DNA of 63,585 nucleotides, counting the filler, from Collodictyon triciliatum (Eukaryota): the NCBI GenBank assembly GCA_043381765.1. It is 21 parts of 21 records of this genome, joined end to end, with 100 filler letters (N's around TTAATTAATTAA, not from the genome) between each part and the next. Parts side by side here need not be neighbours in the genome. Positions count along the whole stretch, not along the records: positions 36,885 to 39,854 come from JBHJMP010007991.1; positions 39,955 to 42,923 come from JBHJMP010007992.1; positions 43,024 to 45,990 come from JBHJMP010007993.1; positions 46,091 to 49,061 come from JBHJMP010007994.1; positions 49,162 to 52,129 come from JBHJMP010007995.1; positions 52,230 to 55,197 come from JBHJMP010007996.1; 15 more parts are not named here. The stretch is one strand, 5' to 3'. The notes under the pieces were generated by a model. It ran no database searches, was not told the DNA's origin, and saw nothing but the letters and a program-made list of their open reading frames with translations. Positions 37,729-52,502 of this stretch are shown one piece after another. Numbering within the stretch: position 1 is the first letter of the stretch; every line of letters begins with the position of its first letter. Both the position numbers and the translations under genes were made by a program.

Positions 37729-39691
37729 AAAAAGGAAAAAGAGGAAGAAGATAAAGAAAGGAGAAAAAAGAGAAGAGAAAAGAAGGGGGAAAAAAAAGCA
37801 GAATAAACCATTACGATCAAGTTGTACCTTGTATTGATTGGGAGAAATAACTGTGGGCGGGGCTTTGCTCTTCTGGCCGAGAACCGGTGCTGATTTGACC
37901 CATGTCTCAATTTGCTTGTCCCATGTGTATTGGCGGATGTAATCTATGAAGAGCAAAAGAATTGTCAAAGGACCGATGTCTCCATATTTAAAAAAGAATA
38001 AGTTATTCACGACATCCCCGCAAATAGGAGGAAAACTGCAAGGGAAAGCTCGATGAATGATATGAATATTCCGATTTACCGATGATTCCAACCACAAGCT
38101 CATGATTTTCTTCATCGATTCCCACCAAAATCGAATAGTCCACCACGTTGACTGAGCTCAAAAACTTGGTGTCGTTTGAAACACATATCTTGAGATAGTT
38201 TTTGGACATCATGGAAGTGTACAACGGGCACGTGTAGAGAACTGCAAAGAGTGCGGAAGGGAGAGGAAAAATGAGAATACTGAATCGCTGGAATGATGGC
38301 TAATTATTTTTCTATATCATAAAAGTGTAAACGAGAAAACTATATGAATATAATTTGGACAAGTTTATACACTCGAGGAAGTTTTGGTCCATCAAGACGG
38401 TATCTTGGTTTGTGGTTCGCACATATCGACTGCGGGTAGAGCCTTTCAAGTCAAATACCTTTAAATTTCACGGATAAATAAATAAATAAATAGATAAAAA
38501 AAACACAAATTATTGTTTTTAAAATATAATGATGATGATAATGATAATAATAATAATAATTATAATAATAGTCGATATGTCAAGTTATCGTTTGGAATGG
38601 TGTCGATACTTTTTGTGATAAAGAACCCCGATTAAGAAAAAAAAATGCATTTTATAAAAAAGGATTTATCTATCTTGTGCCCATATTTTTTTAAAATGCT
38701 GGTGATAGATAAAGGGTTGAATTATGACAGAGAATACAAACTCTTGATATTTGGCGACCATAAAACAGATTTTCCATAATTATAACATCCTGAATGTGAT
38801 ACGGTGCCCCAGGAATGTTGTTACGGTATCCCACCTTGAATATCCCCAGAATGCGGGTAATGGCCGAAGGAATCTATGTCACCACAGATATTATGTGATG
38901 ATTTCATACAGAATAAAGAATACTCGTTGGTGTAAAGAAAAGGTATCTCAAAAGACAAAATATAAAATACCATGTAGAACGAAAAAAAACTTTGAATCGA
39001 ATGAAGGACAAAAACAGGACTAAAATACCTTGTGGAATGAAACTCTAGACATGTACTTGAAATATTCATGAGCAAGCGATATGAAATGATCTTTTTCAGT
39101 CTTTGATATTTCTTTGATAACGAAACGATCATCTAGTACGCATACACAGAAAAAAAAAAAAAAAGAAGTGTGAATAAACCGATCTGACTTCAGGACACTA
39201 ATAGGAATGGAACTGTAGTAATAATTCTTTCGTCATATCTTCTTTTTTCTATTTGGAGAAAGTGGGGCCATTGAAAGTGAAATTATACCCAAAGTCTTTG
39301 AGAATGTGGAGCCTGACTTTCCACCAGTTGCAGACCATTTTTTACACCGACTAACTGACTGCAAAAACTGGTCTTCATCTACACCATACATTTTTCTCAA
39401 AGCTTGGAATTGCCTTGCATAGTACGATATGCATACGAAATGAGTTTTCGTTCCTTCATCATCCTCCACAAATTCTATTGTTCGTAAAAGAAGACAGCAA
39501 AAAATAATAATAAAAAATATGAATAAATGATGTAAAGCTCTAAAAATAAAACAATTTTAATGACAGAAAGGAGGAAATCACGTCTTAATCATAAATACAT
39601 TTCTTAAGGCACAGAAATAATAATAAAAAAATCTGAGGGCCTACTATGCTTTATATGTGTTTTGGTGGGATCATGTAGGTAACTCAGTATA
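37435..39691 (-). CDS. FAB1: PI3P 5-kinase FAB1/PIKfyve, C-terminal kinase domain (partial)
   Basis: YARQFQALRK...SRCKKWSATGGKSGSTFSKT; FDLKGSTRSR; NDTKFLSSVNVVDYSILVGID...[48 protein letters not shown]. Confidence 0.95.
38985..39020 (+). mobile_element. Family A micro-retroinsertion with 22-bp TSD at a FAB1 exon/intron junction
   Basis: ..ACTTTGAATCGAATGAAGGACAAAAA.. between TAAAATACCATGTAGAACGAAA (38963-38984) and TAAAATACCTTGTGGAATGAAA (39021-39042). Confidence 0.75.
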
Positions 39692-39751
39692 TCTGGGATT
39701 ATAAATGGTAGCCAGCAAGAAATAAGTCAAATGCATGACTGAATGCACTTG

Positions 39752-39854
<103 letters not shown>

Positions 39855-39954
39855 NNNNNNNNNNNNNNNNNNNNNNNNNNNNNNNNNNNNNNNNNNNNTT
39901 AATTAATTAANNNNNNNNNNNNNNNNNNNNNNNNNNNNNNNNNNNNNNNNNNNN

Positions 39955-39999
<45 letters not shown>

Positions 40000-40004
40000 A
40001 AGAA

Positions 40005-40048
<44 letters not shown>

Positions 40049-40084
40049 GAAAAGGAACAAAGAAAGGTGACGATAAGGTATGTT

Positions 40085-41141
40085 AATTTTGCCTGCGTAA
40101 GCTCGTGCATTATGAGTCATCACAACAAGAGGCGTAGAAATGCCAACATCGACATTACTAGGCAAGTGAAAAGTCCATCGCGTAGATGTAATGTCTGAAG
40201 AATACAGACTGTCATCGTCTTCAGATTCAACTTTCAAGGTTCTGGATTGACTGAATAAAGAGTGATTATGAGCATCATGTGAGAGAAAAGGGTTTGTCTC
40301 TGAGGATAGCTCATTTATGGGCTCGATGTCATCGTCATCATCTTCGTATCTATTCATTCTTAATTCTGTCGGTCTCTGCTTATCTAGAGGCAGATGAATG
40401 TCTTGTGTGTCTGTTATATAAAGAGGTAAATACGATAAAGTACGTAACGGCATCATTGAGGTAAGAAGGAGGACATTTAAAAGCATTACCACCAAGCATG
40501 TCTGTCTTCTCAGCATTAAACGGAGCGAGGTGATGTACCCCAGAAATAATAATAATCACACCACATGAAAAACCAATAGTCTGCATCCTTATTATTATTC
40601 ATGCTTGTCATGAGTTTAATACAATTTTATATTGTCTCAAAATCTAAGGGAAACTAATATAAATATATGTATTGGCTGTGCATTTGTGGATTGTGTTGGC
40701 TATAGATTGATCGATATTGTTTGATTTGAAAGAGATGGTTGCGAAGCCATACATACCAAGAAAAATCTGCAAATTCCCCAAAGTATATACCTCCGCTAAG
40801 AATGGAAAAAACCGTCCAGAAAACTTGCAAGGCGGGGACAATTATCATACTTGGGAATTTTCGTAGACCGCTGTTTAGCCTTTCCATCTAGTATGGCATG
40901 AAAAGTCATCAATGATGTTATAACTGATAATATTTTACACCTTCCACTAGACAGCGCCTCTTGAACAAAGAAATTGCTAGTTGTAGTCCGGAGAATTTAC
41001 ATATTCATTATCGTTGGGGCTATTCGAAAATACCAAACCCAAAATATGGTCAATCCTATCCAACCGAAGAATACAAAATATGTAAAGAAGTAAATGAATT
41101 GATTATCTCCAGTCATCGTCGTTCTTAGCAACTGTGATCTA

Positions 41142-41239
<98 letters not shown>

Positions 41240-42714
41240 GCATCATGTTCAAAATACACAAGAAACTATTGTTGTGAGATGTCAAAATTGACAAAAAAAA
41301 AATAAAGAATAAGAATAGGAAAAGGAAAAGGAAAAGGAAAAGGAAGAAAAATGAGGGAAATTGAGAATAAGATGAGAATATTCGCTTCATAGCCTTACAA
41401 AGATTTTGCCAGCAGGACACTAAGAGATCCTATCATAGCAGATGTAATTGAATAGCAACCTATTTGTTTGAGTGTCTTTCTGGTGTCTCCAGCGTTCTAG
41501 AGTTTAAAGAGTTTATTCAAACATTATAATACTCATACACACGTTGAAGCATTATTTAGCTTCACAAATGTTAATCGACGAAGTAAAGCAGAGCTACTTT
41601 ATCATAGTCCAGTTTGTAATAAACCAGCGTCAATCCGACTGCTGCGACGAAAACGAAACATATGTAAACAATAAAAGATGTTTGCATGTACATCACATAA
41701 AGTTCATCGACAGAGTAATCTGCATGAATAATATATAGTTGTTATCTATTTTGGTTTAGGAGATTTAAAAATATTTGTCGTTCAGTCCATATTGTTGTTG
41801 CTATTCTTATTGTATTATGTTATTACAATTAATATATTTATTGGTATATTTATTAGTATATAAAAGGCAAAGCAGATAAGATATATGACAATTTTACTTT
41901 TCGATTCATGGCTCGCAAATAATAGAGTGAAGGTGTTTCCCAACACAATTACACAAGTCCCCTCTACCACTCTGCGAGTAACCTGGTAATATTTCTCTAT
42001 AAATATTTTCGAAAGGCCCAAAATCATTCGAACCAATAAAATGATTGAATATATCCTCTACATCATATTATGTCATATCATTAAAATATGTCGTTTAAGC
42101 TATTTCAATAGAAGCGAATGATTTAAGGATTGATTATCATCCATCTAAACAATAATAAAAGCATTGAACCTTCTCGTCTAACAATAAAAATGCAAATATG
42201 ACGTTAGAGACAAATTGTATACTCCCAATGCAGGCCAACAAGCTCTGTGCGGCATACCCAAAAGACATGAAATTAAAGGCATTTCCAATGGAAAAAATCA
42301 CTATTCCTATTTTCATTATGTCCATTTAAAAAATTAGTTCCAAATGCCACTTTCTCGCACAACTATTTTAAAGGTTTGATTTTGGTGGATAAATAAGCCT
42401 CATAAGCTTTGATATAAATAAAATGCTGGGTAAAATAATTTTTTTTTTCCATTCCTTCTTTCAATTTTGTGCAGAATAGTGGAGATGTTAGCTTTGGACA
42501 GGGTAAAATAAGTTATATTCAAATGACAAGAAGATAACGCACCCATAAAATATGTAAACAAACCTATTGTCCATGAATGTTTTTGCCAATTACTGAGTGA
42601 CAGTGTATGGGACTCATTAATTATGTGAGAGTACTTCATCAGATTTGTTCCAAGATTAATTGTAATGGAACCAACAAAATTGAGTGCCATTCCGATTGTC
42701 CAATTGCGAGACAT
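40085..42714 (-). CDS. NIPA-family Mg2+ transporter-like membrane protein (3'-partial)
   Basis: GSITINLGTNLMK; GNAFNFMSFGYAAQSLLACIGSIQFVSNVIFA; RLNSGLRKFPSMIIVPALQVFWTVFSILSGGIYFGEF. Confidence 0.88.
42439..42498 (-). mobile_element. LINE family B 5'-truncated stub (~60 nt) with TSD, in NIPA intron 1
   Basis: Reverse complement ...CTGCACAAAATTGAAAGAAGGAATGG-A(n); GGGTAAAATAA at 42428-42438 and 42501-42511. Confidence 0.75.
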
Positions 42715-43194
42715 TATCGCTGAGAATGCACGCCTACCTGTGACAACCTCTGATGCTGCAATTTACAGGAATACTTATGCAAAAATATCAAATGACTTTA
42801 TGGAATTGAACCACCAACTATGCTTTGTTTTTTGTTTTTTGTTTTTTGTTTTTTGTTTTTTGTTTTTTGTTTTTTGTTTTTTGTTTTTTGTTTTTTGTTT
42901 TTTGTTTTTTGTTTTTTGTTTTTNNNNNNNNNNNNNNNNNNNNNNNNNNNNNNNNNNNNNNNNNNNNTTAATTAATTAANNNNNNNNNNNNNNNNNNNNN
43001 NNNNNNNNNNNNNNNNNNNNNNNCAAAGTTTCCACGCCTTATTTTTTGTATGGAAATCAAATTAGTCAACTGCTTAGTTTGATGCAGAAAAGTAGAGGTA
43101 TATCGAATCATACACATTACTATACGCTTATTTTAATTCACAGTTGCAAAATACCTCAGAATTTCTCATTTTATGAAAAATAGACGAAAAGATA

Positions 43195-45660
43195 CCTTAA
43201 AAAGGGAAGATAACAACCGACGTTGAAAGTAAAGAGTCGCCTGCATCTGTTGTTTCCATCTCAAAAACATCACATGTTTTAAATCACGACTAAGGCCTGA
43301 AATCATAGCGCTCATCAAATAGCGGATGCGCTTATTTCTTTGACAGACCTAATATATATAGCACCGACACATACAGAGATTGAGTTATTTAATAGTTAAT
43401 AAGTATGAATAAGAAAGCAATTGAATTAAATCTCTTCGAGAGAAAAACAAAAAAGTCTTACATTTTTCCAACAGATCAGCGTGTGCCGAGCAAATCTCTG
43501 AAAGCGTGATAGTTCAAGCCATTCAAGAAGAACCTGAAATAAGTCATTTTTAGATGTATATAAATGAAATGTGTCTCATAGTCTCTATTAACATAATTTA
43601 ATTTTAGGTTGGACGATAACCACAGACCTTTTTCAACAAAACACTCTGATTATGCCTCTTCGATACGCTCTTCTTGAAGGATTTTTCCTTTCAATATTGG
43701 GAAATAAACATCAGAAATAATAATCAACTAAGCATATAGGGAATGAAAAATATTTAAGACTAGATAATAAATTATGGATCTCGAAAACCTTTGATAATTG
43801 TACGAATATCTTCCAACTATCCAAAATTAGGGAGAGCAGTCTCCTGCAAATTTAAAACTCCAAATAAAGAAGTGCTCTCATATACCCATAGATTTCTATT
43901 ACGAGTTTTTTTTTCTCACGTATGCAGTTTTCTTTTTTTTTAAAGATTTTTTTCAAAAGAAGCAGAACCTTCGCCTTGATTCAAAATGAATTTTTGATCG
44001 TTTGTTTTTCTCTTCGAATTGATCAGCTGTTCGTTTCCAGTAAAGAAACATGCTTCGTTTTCTAACAAAGAGAGACGTAAGCAATATGAATATTTCATTT
44101 CATGCATATATGTCCCTGGTTATGCGCCTGCTAACATTTTCGTGGTTGTCATGTCGAGGCGCTGTCGAACAATTTTTGCTTCACGTACTCTTTGCATACA
44201 AAAAACTCGCCTAAGAAAAGCTAATCAATTAATGGACTAATTGACATTGTCTGAACGTTTCCTATATATAATAACGCGTTATTTTTTTCAAAGGATGTAG
44301 CGCAACACGACATCAATGTAGATTACCATCTATAAAAATAAAGGGATAAAATTCCACGTGATTTCTTCAGTAATTGAAGGGCAACTTTTCTTTTGCAAGA
44401 AAATTCATATTGGTATCGCAAAAACCACTTTCTGTAATAATTCTCCACCTAAGGTATAATATACTTTCGGTTAAGCTTCCAGAGGGCAGAATGAAACTAA
44501 GATTTTTGAAATATATTCCACCATCCTGCACAAAATTGAAAGGAAGAATAAAAAAAAGATTTTAGAAATATTTTGCCTTCATACAATTAATTTTTCTGAT
44601 TTTAAAGAATAGATTTTCCGGCGCCTCTCCATGCTGGTATATCTCATCCAAAACCTAGAAAAATCGTGATTATGTTTCCATTCTTCCTCGAAGTATATTT
44701 CAATATTCAGAATAATAAACATATTTATGAAACGAATTATTTGGAATTTTCTTACATGAATATTTTCTTTATTCTAATCTCCTTTCTGAATTCTGACACT
44801 AGTTTCCTCTGTTGTGATTCTAAGTTTGTTTTAAATAATTATACGAACCAAAATGAGACCCATCTCATACATTTCTTTTAAAAATAGATTTAAATCACTT
44901 TGTCGACTATATTGCAGCCATTTGTAAAATAAATCTGAAAGCCTCCTTATTTTCCATTTGGAATAACCCACGTCAACTCTTTCGCTCTGAACCTAATAAC
45001 AATATATATTTAAAAATTACGATAAGCTATTGTTTATAGTCTGAAATAATCACTTATTATTATAACCTTAAGTCTCCTAGAAAAAAGCATCCATTTCCTA
45101 AATGCTACAAATCGTAGGCGCCCAAAGAAGTAGATACCGACCTATGGACATATTTAATACATTCAATAGATAGCGTATCTCGAAATGTGAAGGAAAAATC
45201 TCAAACATTAAATCGGAGAGACCATTTCGGTGGGCTAGTTAGGTGTCATATATGTCAACCTGATTCATCACGTGTTTTTTTCGCTTCCATTCTATTGTGC
45301 GAGCTAACCATGACTGTAAACATATACTCAAAACACGACGACTCAACGTGTGAGATATTTCTAGTTGGACAGAACGCAACCACTAGGGTGATTTGAAAGT
45401 TTGGTTCAATGGAAAACATGCACTATTACGAAATACATAATCAAAAAAGTCATAAAAGAAATACAAACACTTTGCTGGCGAGTCCACGCTTGCCACCGTT
45501 TGAATATATATAATCCTTTGTCTTTGAGCCTTGCCTCACGGAAGCAACACACTAAATACGCAATAATAAGTAATTGATTAAGGAAGTGGCGAGCTCGAAT
45601 GGTTCATTCCCATGCTACTAACCAACAAGTCTCATCTTCGACCTCAAACGAGAGTGGTTA
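43195..45660 (-). CDS. Multi-exon protein with Trp-containing helical repeats (Sfi1-like), partial
   Basis: Exons reading LFYKWLQY, IFKRWQAW and VLLEWLEL..LICWKN resemble centrin-binding Sfi1 repeats; the exon chain is not fully resolved. Confidence 0.4.
44515..44555 (+). mobile_element. LINE family B 5'-truncated stub (~41 nt) with 16-bp TSD
   Basis: CCACCATCCTGCACAAAATTGAAAGGAAGAATAAAAAA between AAGATTTTTGAAATAT (44499-44514) and AAGATTTTAGAAATAT (44556-44571). Confidence 0.85.
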
Positions 45661-46777
45661 AGCCATGAATAAAATATTCTAGATACAATTCTACTCCAGT
45701 GATTTATTTTAACTGCACCATACACATATTTTCTTCCTTTTGCACAAAGTGCCTACATATAGGATGTATAAGAAAATAGTCTTGAGCAATATGGACATGA
45801 AATAATCACTCTTTTTTCAAGCTTTTTTTTGTAACGACCTTTTCTTTCCAAATTCTAAAACATCTGAATCTGATACTATCATCTGAATGCTTAAGCGCTA
45901 TTTTCATGAGCATGCGCATATGCTAGATATAAATATTTCTTTTAGTCACTTGGAAAAAACAGAAAAAAAAACAGAAAAAAAAAACAGAAANNNNNNNNNN
46001 NNNNNNNNNNNNNNNNNNNNNNNNNNNNNNNNNNTTAATTAATTAANNNNNNNNNNNNNNNNNNNNNNNNNNNNNNNNNNNNNNNNNNNNTCTATCTCTA
46101 TCTCTATCTCTATCTCTATCTCTATCTCTATCTCTATCTCTATCTCTATCTCTATCTCTATCTCTATCTCTATCTCTATCTCTATCTTTGGCACCATCGA
46201 CCATATCAATTTCCCCGCCGAAATCGCCTCCCATAACTCAGGACACAAACACATACTTAGCTGTCTCTCCAGAAGCTATGCGTTTCATACCTTTCAACAC
46301 TATAAGTTGCATCTTACTAAATGTATTTCGGTGAGTGCTGAAAAGTTTATTTTTATTATTATTATTTATTCAAAGAACCTGATACTACCACTTTAAAAGA
46401 CACGGCAAACAATCATATCATGGCTTAGTCTCAGAATATAAAGCACGACCGGAAAGATCGGATTGATTAAAACTTTACTGACAACAGAAGTACTTGGCTG
46501 ACCTGGATGGGGACGACTTTGCAAAGATTCAGCATTTAATCAGCGATGAATCGTGGGTGTCCCAGGTGAGATAGATGACACGTTCTCTTTTTTCTTCTGT
46601 GCCCTCACTGCATGCGCTGTGTCGCATTTTTCTCCCTCGCATCACTTTTTGTCGAGAAAGAAAGGGGAAAAAAGAATGAAAGAGAGAAGGAAGAAAAAAA
46701 AAGAAGAAAAAAAGAATAGCCCAGATGAGATTTTACTATTGTAAAATGTTGATTGCCCTGAACAACCCTTTTACAAA

Positions 46778-46828
<51 letters not shown>

Positions 46829-47242
46829 TATCACATTGCAAAGCGCCGGCCGTGCTCTGCTTTCCGCTTCTGTCGCCACAGACGGAGGCAGCCACACTAG
46901 TCATAACGACGACGGATGCAAAGACAACCACAGTCCCATCAGCCACTAACGCTCACGCCACAACGGGCGCCTCTCTCATCCCAGAAATACGCAGAGTTCC
47001 ACGACATGATGGAGTTTGCCGAGACCTACAAAGAGCACGAGTTGTAGCCCGCCACCCCTGTGTCTCCCAGTCCCTCCGTCTCTGCCGTGCGCGCGGCTAC
47101 CTCTCCCTCTTCCTGGCGGGGGCGAGCATGGACTGACTTTGTTGTCTGTATAACCCCAATAAATATATATATATTAATATTATACAGACACTGCCTCGCT
47201 TCCCTTGCTCACTTGGTTCGCGCGGGCGGCTCGCGTCTGTCT

Positions 47243-47577
47243 TTATTCGTCGGCAGCCTCGGCAAAGTCGGGCTCTTCCTCGATGCGGCTGTCCTCTGGT
47301 GCAGTCAGCGTCGGTGGTCGGTAGAAGCGGGCAATGTTGGAGCTGATGATGGCTATGGGGAAGGCCAGGGTCTGGCATTTTTCTTGAGTACCATTGTTCC
47401 TTCTTTTTTTCTTTTTTTCTTTTTTCTTTTTTCTTTTTTCTTTTTTCTTTTTTCTTTTTTCTTTTTTCTTTTTTCTTCTCAATATCGGTGAAATACCAGG
47501 ATTCCAACGAGGGTTGCCATGGACGCCACTATCTTGCCTCCAGTTGTGATGGGGATAACATCTCCTGCAGTGGTGCA

Positions 47578-47631
<54 letters not shown>

Positions 47632-48715
47632 GTGATGATGGTGAGCAATAGGGACAACTAGTACCGTATCCGACTGTGCTCATAGTGACGATGGCCCACC
47701 AAAAAGTAGCTGGGATGCTCTGGAAGGAGCTGTGATTTTTGTTTTCGATGAGTTTTGTATTGCTGTGTTAGCTGGTGAAGTAGGGAAGTGATGTGATGAA
47801 AGGTCGCCAGTCTGGAGGAGGACCGTGTCCCGGCATTTGTGGGGTGGAAAAGAATGCCAAAAAGCGAACCTTCGCTCCCCGTTGTCTTTTCTCCATGCGT
47901 TGTCCTTCCACTCACCGCGCTCGAGAAACCACACGAGAGAGGAAAACATGACGATGTTGATGGAGACCAGGACGCAGAAGAGAAGGATGGCCTCGAGCGA
48001 CCCCCTGACGGTCTTGACGATTGCCTGGCGTTTATTGTCTTTGTTATCTTTGTTGTGTGTGCTTGATTGATTGGTTGTTGATTGGTTCATTGATTTAATG
48101 ATTCATTGATTCGTTGGTTCGTTGAATGGGCGAGAATATCACGACGCAACCCACCCGTATGTTCAAACATACCTGAAAATCTTTAGCAAACTGTGATTCT
48201 GGGACGATGGCGAGTAGGCGGATGAAACGAAAAGCGCGGATGACAAGAAGACCGTGTAAACTCTATTGATGGAGGGAGGCGTGTAAATGGCTGTGTGGCC
48301 CGATTACATTTTACTTGTTTTTCACCGGGGCCTCCTTCACCATCCTTTCGGTTGTACAGGAGATTTGTTTTCTAGATTTACTGGGAAACAAAAATCATGT
48401 AACTAGGAATGTAAAAGTATGTCACCTGTGCGACAGACAAGTCCACAATAAAGATAATGCAAGCACAAAACTCGATCCAGTTCACTAGAGCTACAGTGGC
48501 ATAATTTATGAGAAAACTTTTTAGTTTAGTACTGCTTGCGCCTTTTGACGAATATGAAAGGTGAGCAATTCTGTAATTTTCGTAGTAAATAAATAATGAA
48601 GAAAATAATATGAGGGAAAGGTAAGCAAAACAAAGTGGAGCAAAAAAAATTAAAAAAAAAATGAAGGGGTAAACATTATATGGTAAAGGCAAAGCGAGTT
48701 CAAATTGTATATGAA

Positions 48716-48797
<82 letters not shown>

Positions 48798-48906
48798 ATT
48801 TGTCGAATCAAACATGAGAAGAAAAATTTCAGAGATATAGTAGTCCAGAAACGCAATCCCAATTCGAGAATAGTAAACAACATGAAGATTCCTTGGATAA
48901 CCAACC
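47243..48906 (-). CDS. Voltage-gated K+ channel (Kv-type, 6TM), 5'-partial
   Basis: S4 LLVIRAFRFIRLL; pore FQSIPATFWWAIVTMSTVGYG|DVIP; S6 GKIVASMATLVGIL|TLAFPIAIISSN. Confidence 0.92.
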
Positions 48907-49022
48907 TACGATGCAAGGTACAAAATTGGTGTAAGTGAATATATATAATTCCACATCAATATGATATTTAGTACTATCTGAAATCTTTTTGCTTATCCAT
49001 TGCACAAGAAAAGAAAAAAGGG

Positions 49023-49061
<39 letters not shown>

Positions 49062-50942
49062 NNNNNNNNNNNNNNNNNNNNNNNNNNNNNNNNNNNNNNN
49101 NNNNNTTAATTAATTAANNNNNNNNNNNNNNNNNNNNNNNNNNNNNNNNNNNNNNNNNNNNGTTTTTGTTTTTGTTTTTGTTTTTGTTTTTGTTTTTGTT
49201 TTTGTTTTTGTTTTTGTTTTTGTTTTTGTTTTTGTTTTTGTTTTTGTTTTTGTTTTTGTGTATGTAGGCCTTCAAGAAAATAACGGGGATGAATATCCTG
49301 AAGTTTGCCCTTTTTTTCATCGCTCGGGCGCAACCAAGCCTTCGCTTTGTGCCCTCCGGCCTCCCTTTTCACTCCTGGCTGTCATTCCTTTATCTCCGAT
49401 CACTAGACTCACTTTCCCTTCCTTTGACGCAGCGAAATACAGAAAAATGTCAGAAAGGCAGGGATATGTCAATAATTTATATACGGAATTTATACTAAAG
49501 AAGGTTGTTAAGTCATCATCTATTTTAATTTTACCTTGAAAGTCTATATTATTCACCTGCATACCATAATAATATTGCATTAACGGAATGATTGCGCTTA
49601 AAGTTACTCACGCCCGCTCCTGTCGCCTGTTCTGTGAGTCGTGCGTTGAAGGGAAAACGAGATGTCCTGCGTGCCTTCGCCCAATCGATTGGCGAGATAT
49701 TTCTCCAAACATCTGAGAAATACCCTCTGCGGTCCGCCAAGTAGCTCGATTACCGAACAACCACACCCCTAGGCCTCGCATTTGTCACCTTCAGTCCCCC
49801 TTTGTTATTTTACTTTATTTTATTTAATTTTGCTTCAATCTTATTGTCTCGACCGCTGGCCATACTTCAGCCTGGGGGATACAATGTAAACATTCCCAGC
49901 CATCCCCTCCACCTGCGACATTATGCCGAGTGCCACAGAAAATGCAATCCCACGAGATGCAAGGGGAAAAAAAAAAAACGATAACTGATGATACTATTTG
50001 TGGAAAATACTAATAGAGCTCATAAACCTCATATAGTGTGTCTGCATATTCCTAATATATCAATATTATATATGCATGTATATGCAACATCGACTGCGGC
50101 CTCAGCTAATTAATGCGTCAGTGCCTTGCTTGTGGTTGGAAAAACGAGGTGGTTTGGAGGACGCTTCCGTTACTCGGCCTGGTTTGGAATCCAAAATGAG
50201 AATATTCGCCGGTTCCTATGTCCGCATTTGGATGTTGACGACAACTTGGAAGACACATATGTGGATTTTAGGGTCGAAAGGTGTTGACGTCAATTTCTTT
50301 TGAACAGAGAGGTGCTCATATTCAGGCATTTTCTGCTAAAGGCCGCTTCTTCAAGCGCGTGTTGAAAGTCTTGAAAATCACCATACATGGAAAATTGTAT
50401 AATACAGAGGAAACTGCAAATACTCGAAACTAAAAGCAGTTTAGTGGACAAAGCAGCAAAAAGGAATCTGAAAGCAGAAAAAAAAAAAAGTGAAATGACA
50501 ATATGAATATAAGGAGGAAAGAACCTATGACATAAGCGAGGAACAATGCGTATAGAGGAGGAGCTTAAATAAAAGTTGGAGCGTGGGTATCCAAGTGGAA
50601 AAACGCCACGGTGTGAGGGTGGGTTAGAGGGATGGCAGAGCTGTCTGCGCTTCCTCCCACAAATCCCACCCAATTCGCGTATGAGCCCGATGAGCTTGCA
50701 ACCCACAGACCAATGCCTGGTTTTTTTTTTTTTATTGCCTATGCCAGGTTGTCTGTGTGCTACGGAGGACACTGAATCAGAATGTGAGTGTAGTGGTAGT
50801 GAGATAAAAAAGAAAGACAACTAACGAGACACAAGGCGCACAATGCACTCCTCCCCATTCCTCTTGTACGATCCAATCAAGAGCACATAACATACAGAAG
50901 GAAGCAAAGTTTCCAGCCCATCCAACCCGGCAGCTGCAAACC

Positions 50943-51266
50943 ATGGAGGGACAGCAAGGACAGCAACTGCTATATTCACCAGATCTGCTTCCTCCGCCTT
51001 CGCCTCAACCTCACTCACATCCGCTTGCAGAATTATGCAAATACTTTGAAAATCACCCCTACTTACAAACGCAATTTCAAAGACGGCCACTCAAATGGGC
51101 AGAGAAGCAGCAACAGCTGGTGGAAATGTGGAGTCACATATTGCACGAGTGGCCCGCTGCGCACAAGTGCCTCTTCTTTAATGCCACATACTCGTTTCTG
51201 ACCACACCGTCCGTGCCACTGGGACATGTACGCGCAGTTGCGGAATATCTACCCCAAGAAGCATGA
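50943..51266 (+). CDS. Short hypothetical ORF, weakly reminiscent of VPS25/CHMP7 N-terminal winged helix
   Basis: 107-aa ORF; KQQQLVEMWSHIL gives only weak resemblance. Confidence 0.25.
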   Translation: MEGQQGQQLLYSPDLLPPPSPQPHSHPLAELCKYFENHPYLQTQFQRRPLKWAEKQQQLVEMWSHILHEWPAAHKCLFFNATYSFLTTPSVPLGHVRAVAEYLPQEA

Positions 51267-52127
<861 letters not shown>

Positions 52128-52502
52128 TTNNNNNNNNNNNNNNNNNNNNNNNNNNNNNNNNNNNNNNNNNNNNTTAATTAATTAANNNNNNNNNNNNNNN
52201 NNNNNNNNNNNNNNNNNNNNNNNNNNNNNTCTCCATACTCCTCTGATGGCACATCCGCCATCACTTTCCCCTTTTTACCTCGGAATACTTGCTTGGTGGT
52301 TGAAAAAAGATTGTTGGCATGGGCGCCAACAGCTAAGTCTATCGTGAATGAAAAAAAATGTCGAGTAAAAAAAGAGTGAAACTTTTCCTTTTTACTGAAT
52401 GGTTTATTCAATGGGATGAACTCATTTTTTCATCTCTTATGCCGAATGGGTCGGAGCAACTTCGGGATACTGTCTACTATGACATCTGGATGTTATCCCT
52501 GG

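Noticed and set aside
45590-45625. tRNA T-arm-like GGTTCATTCCC...CCA
   Set aside because: No acceptor stem, D-arm or anticodon arm can be folded.
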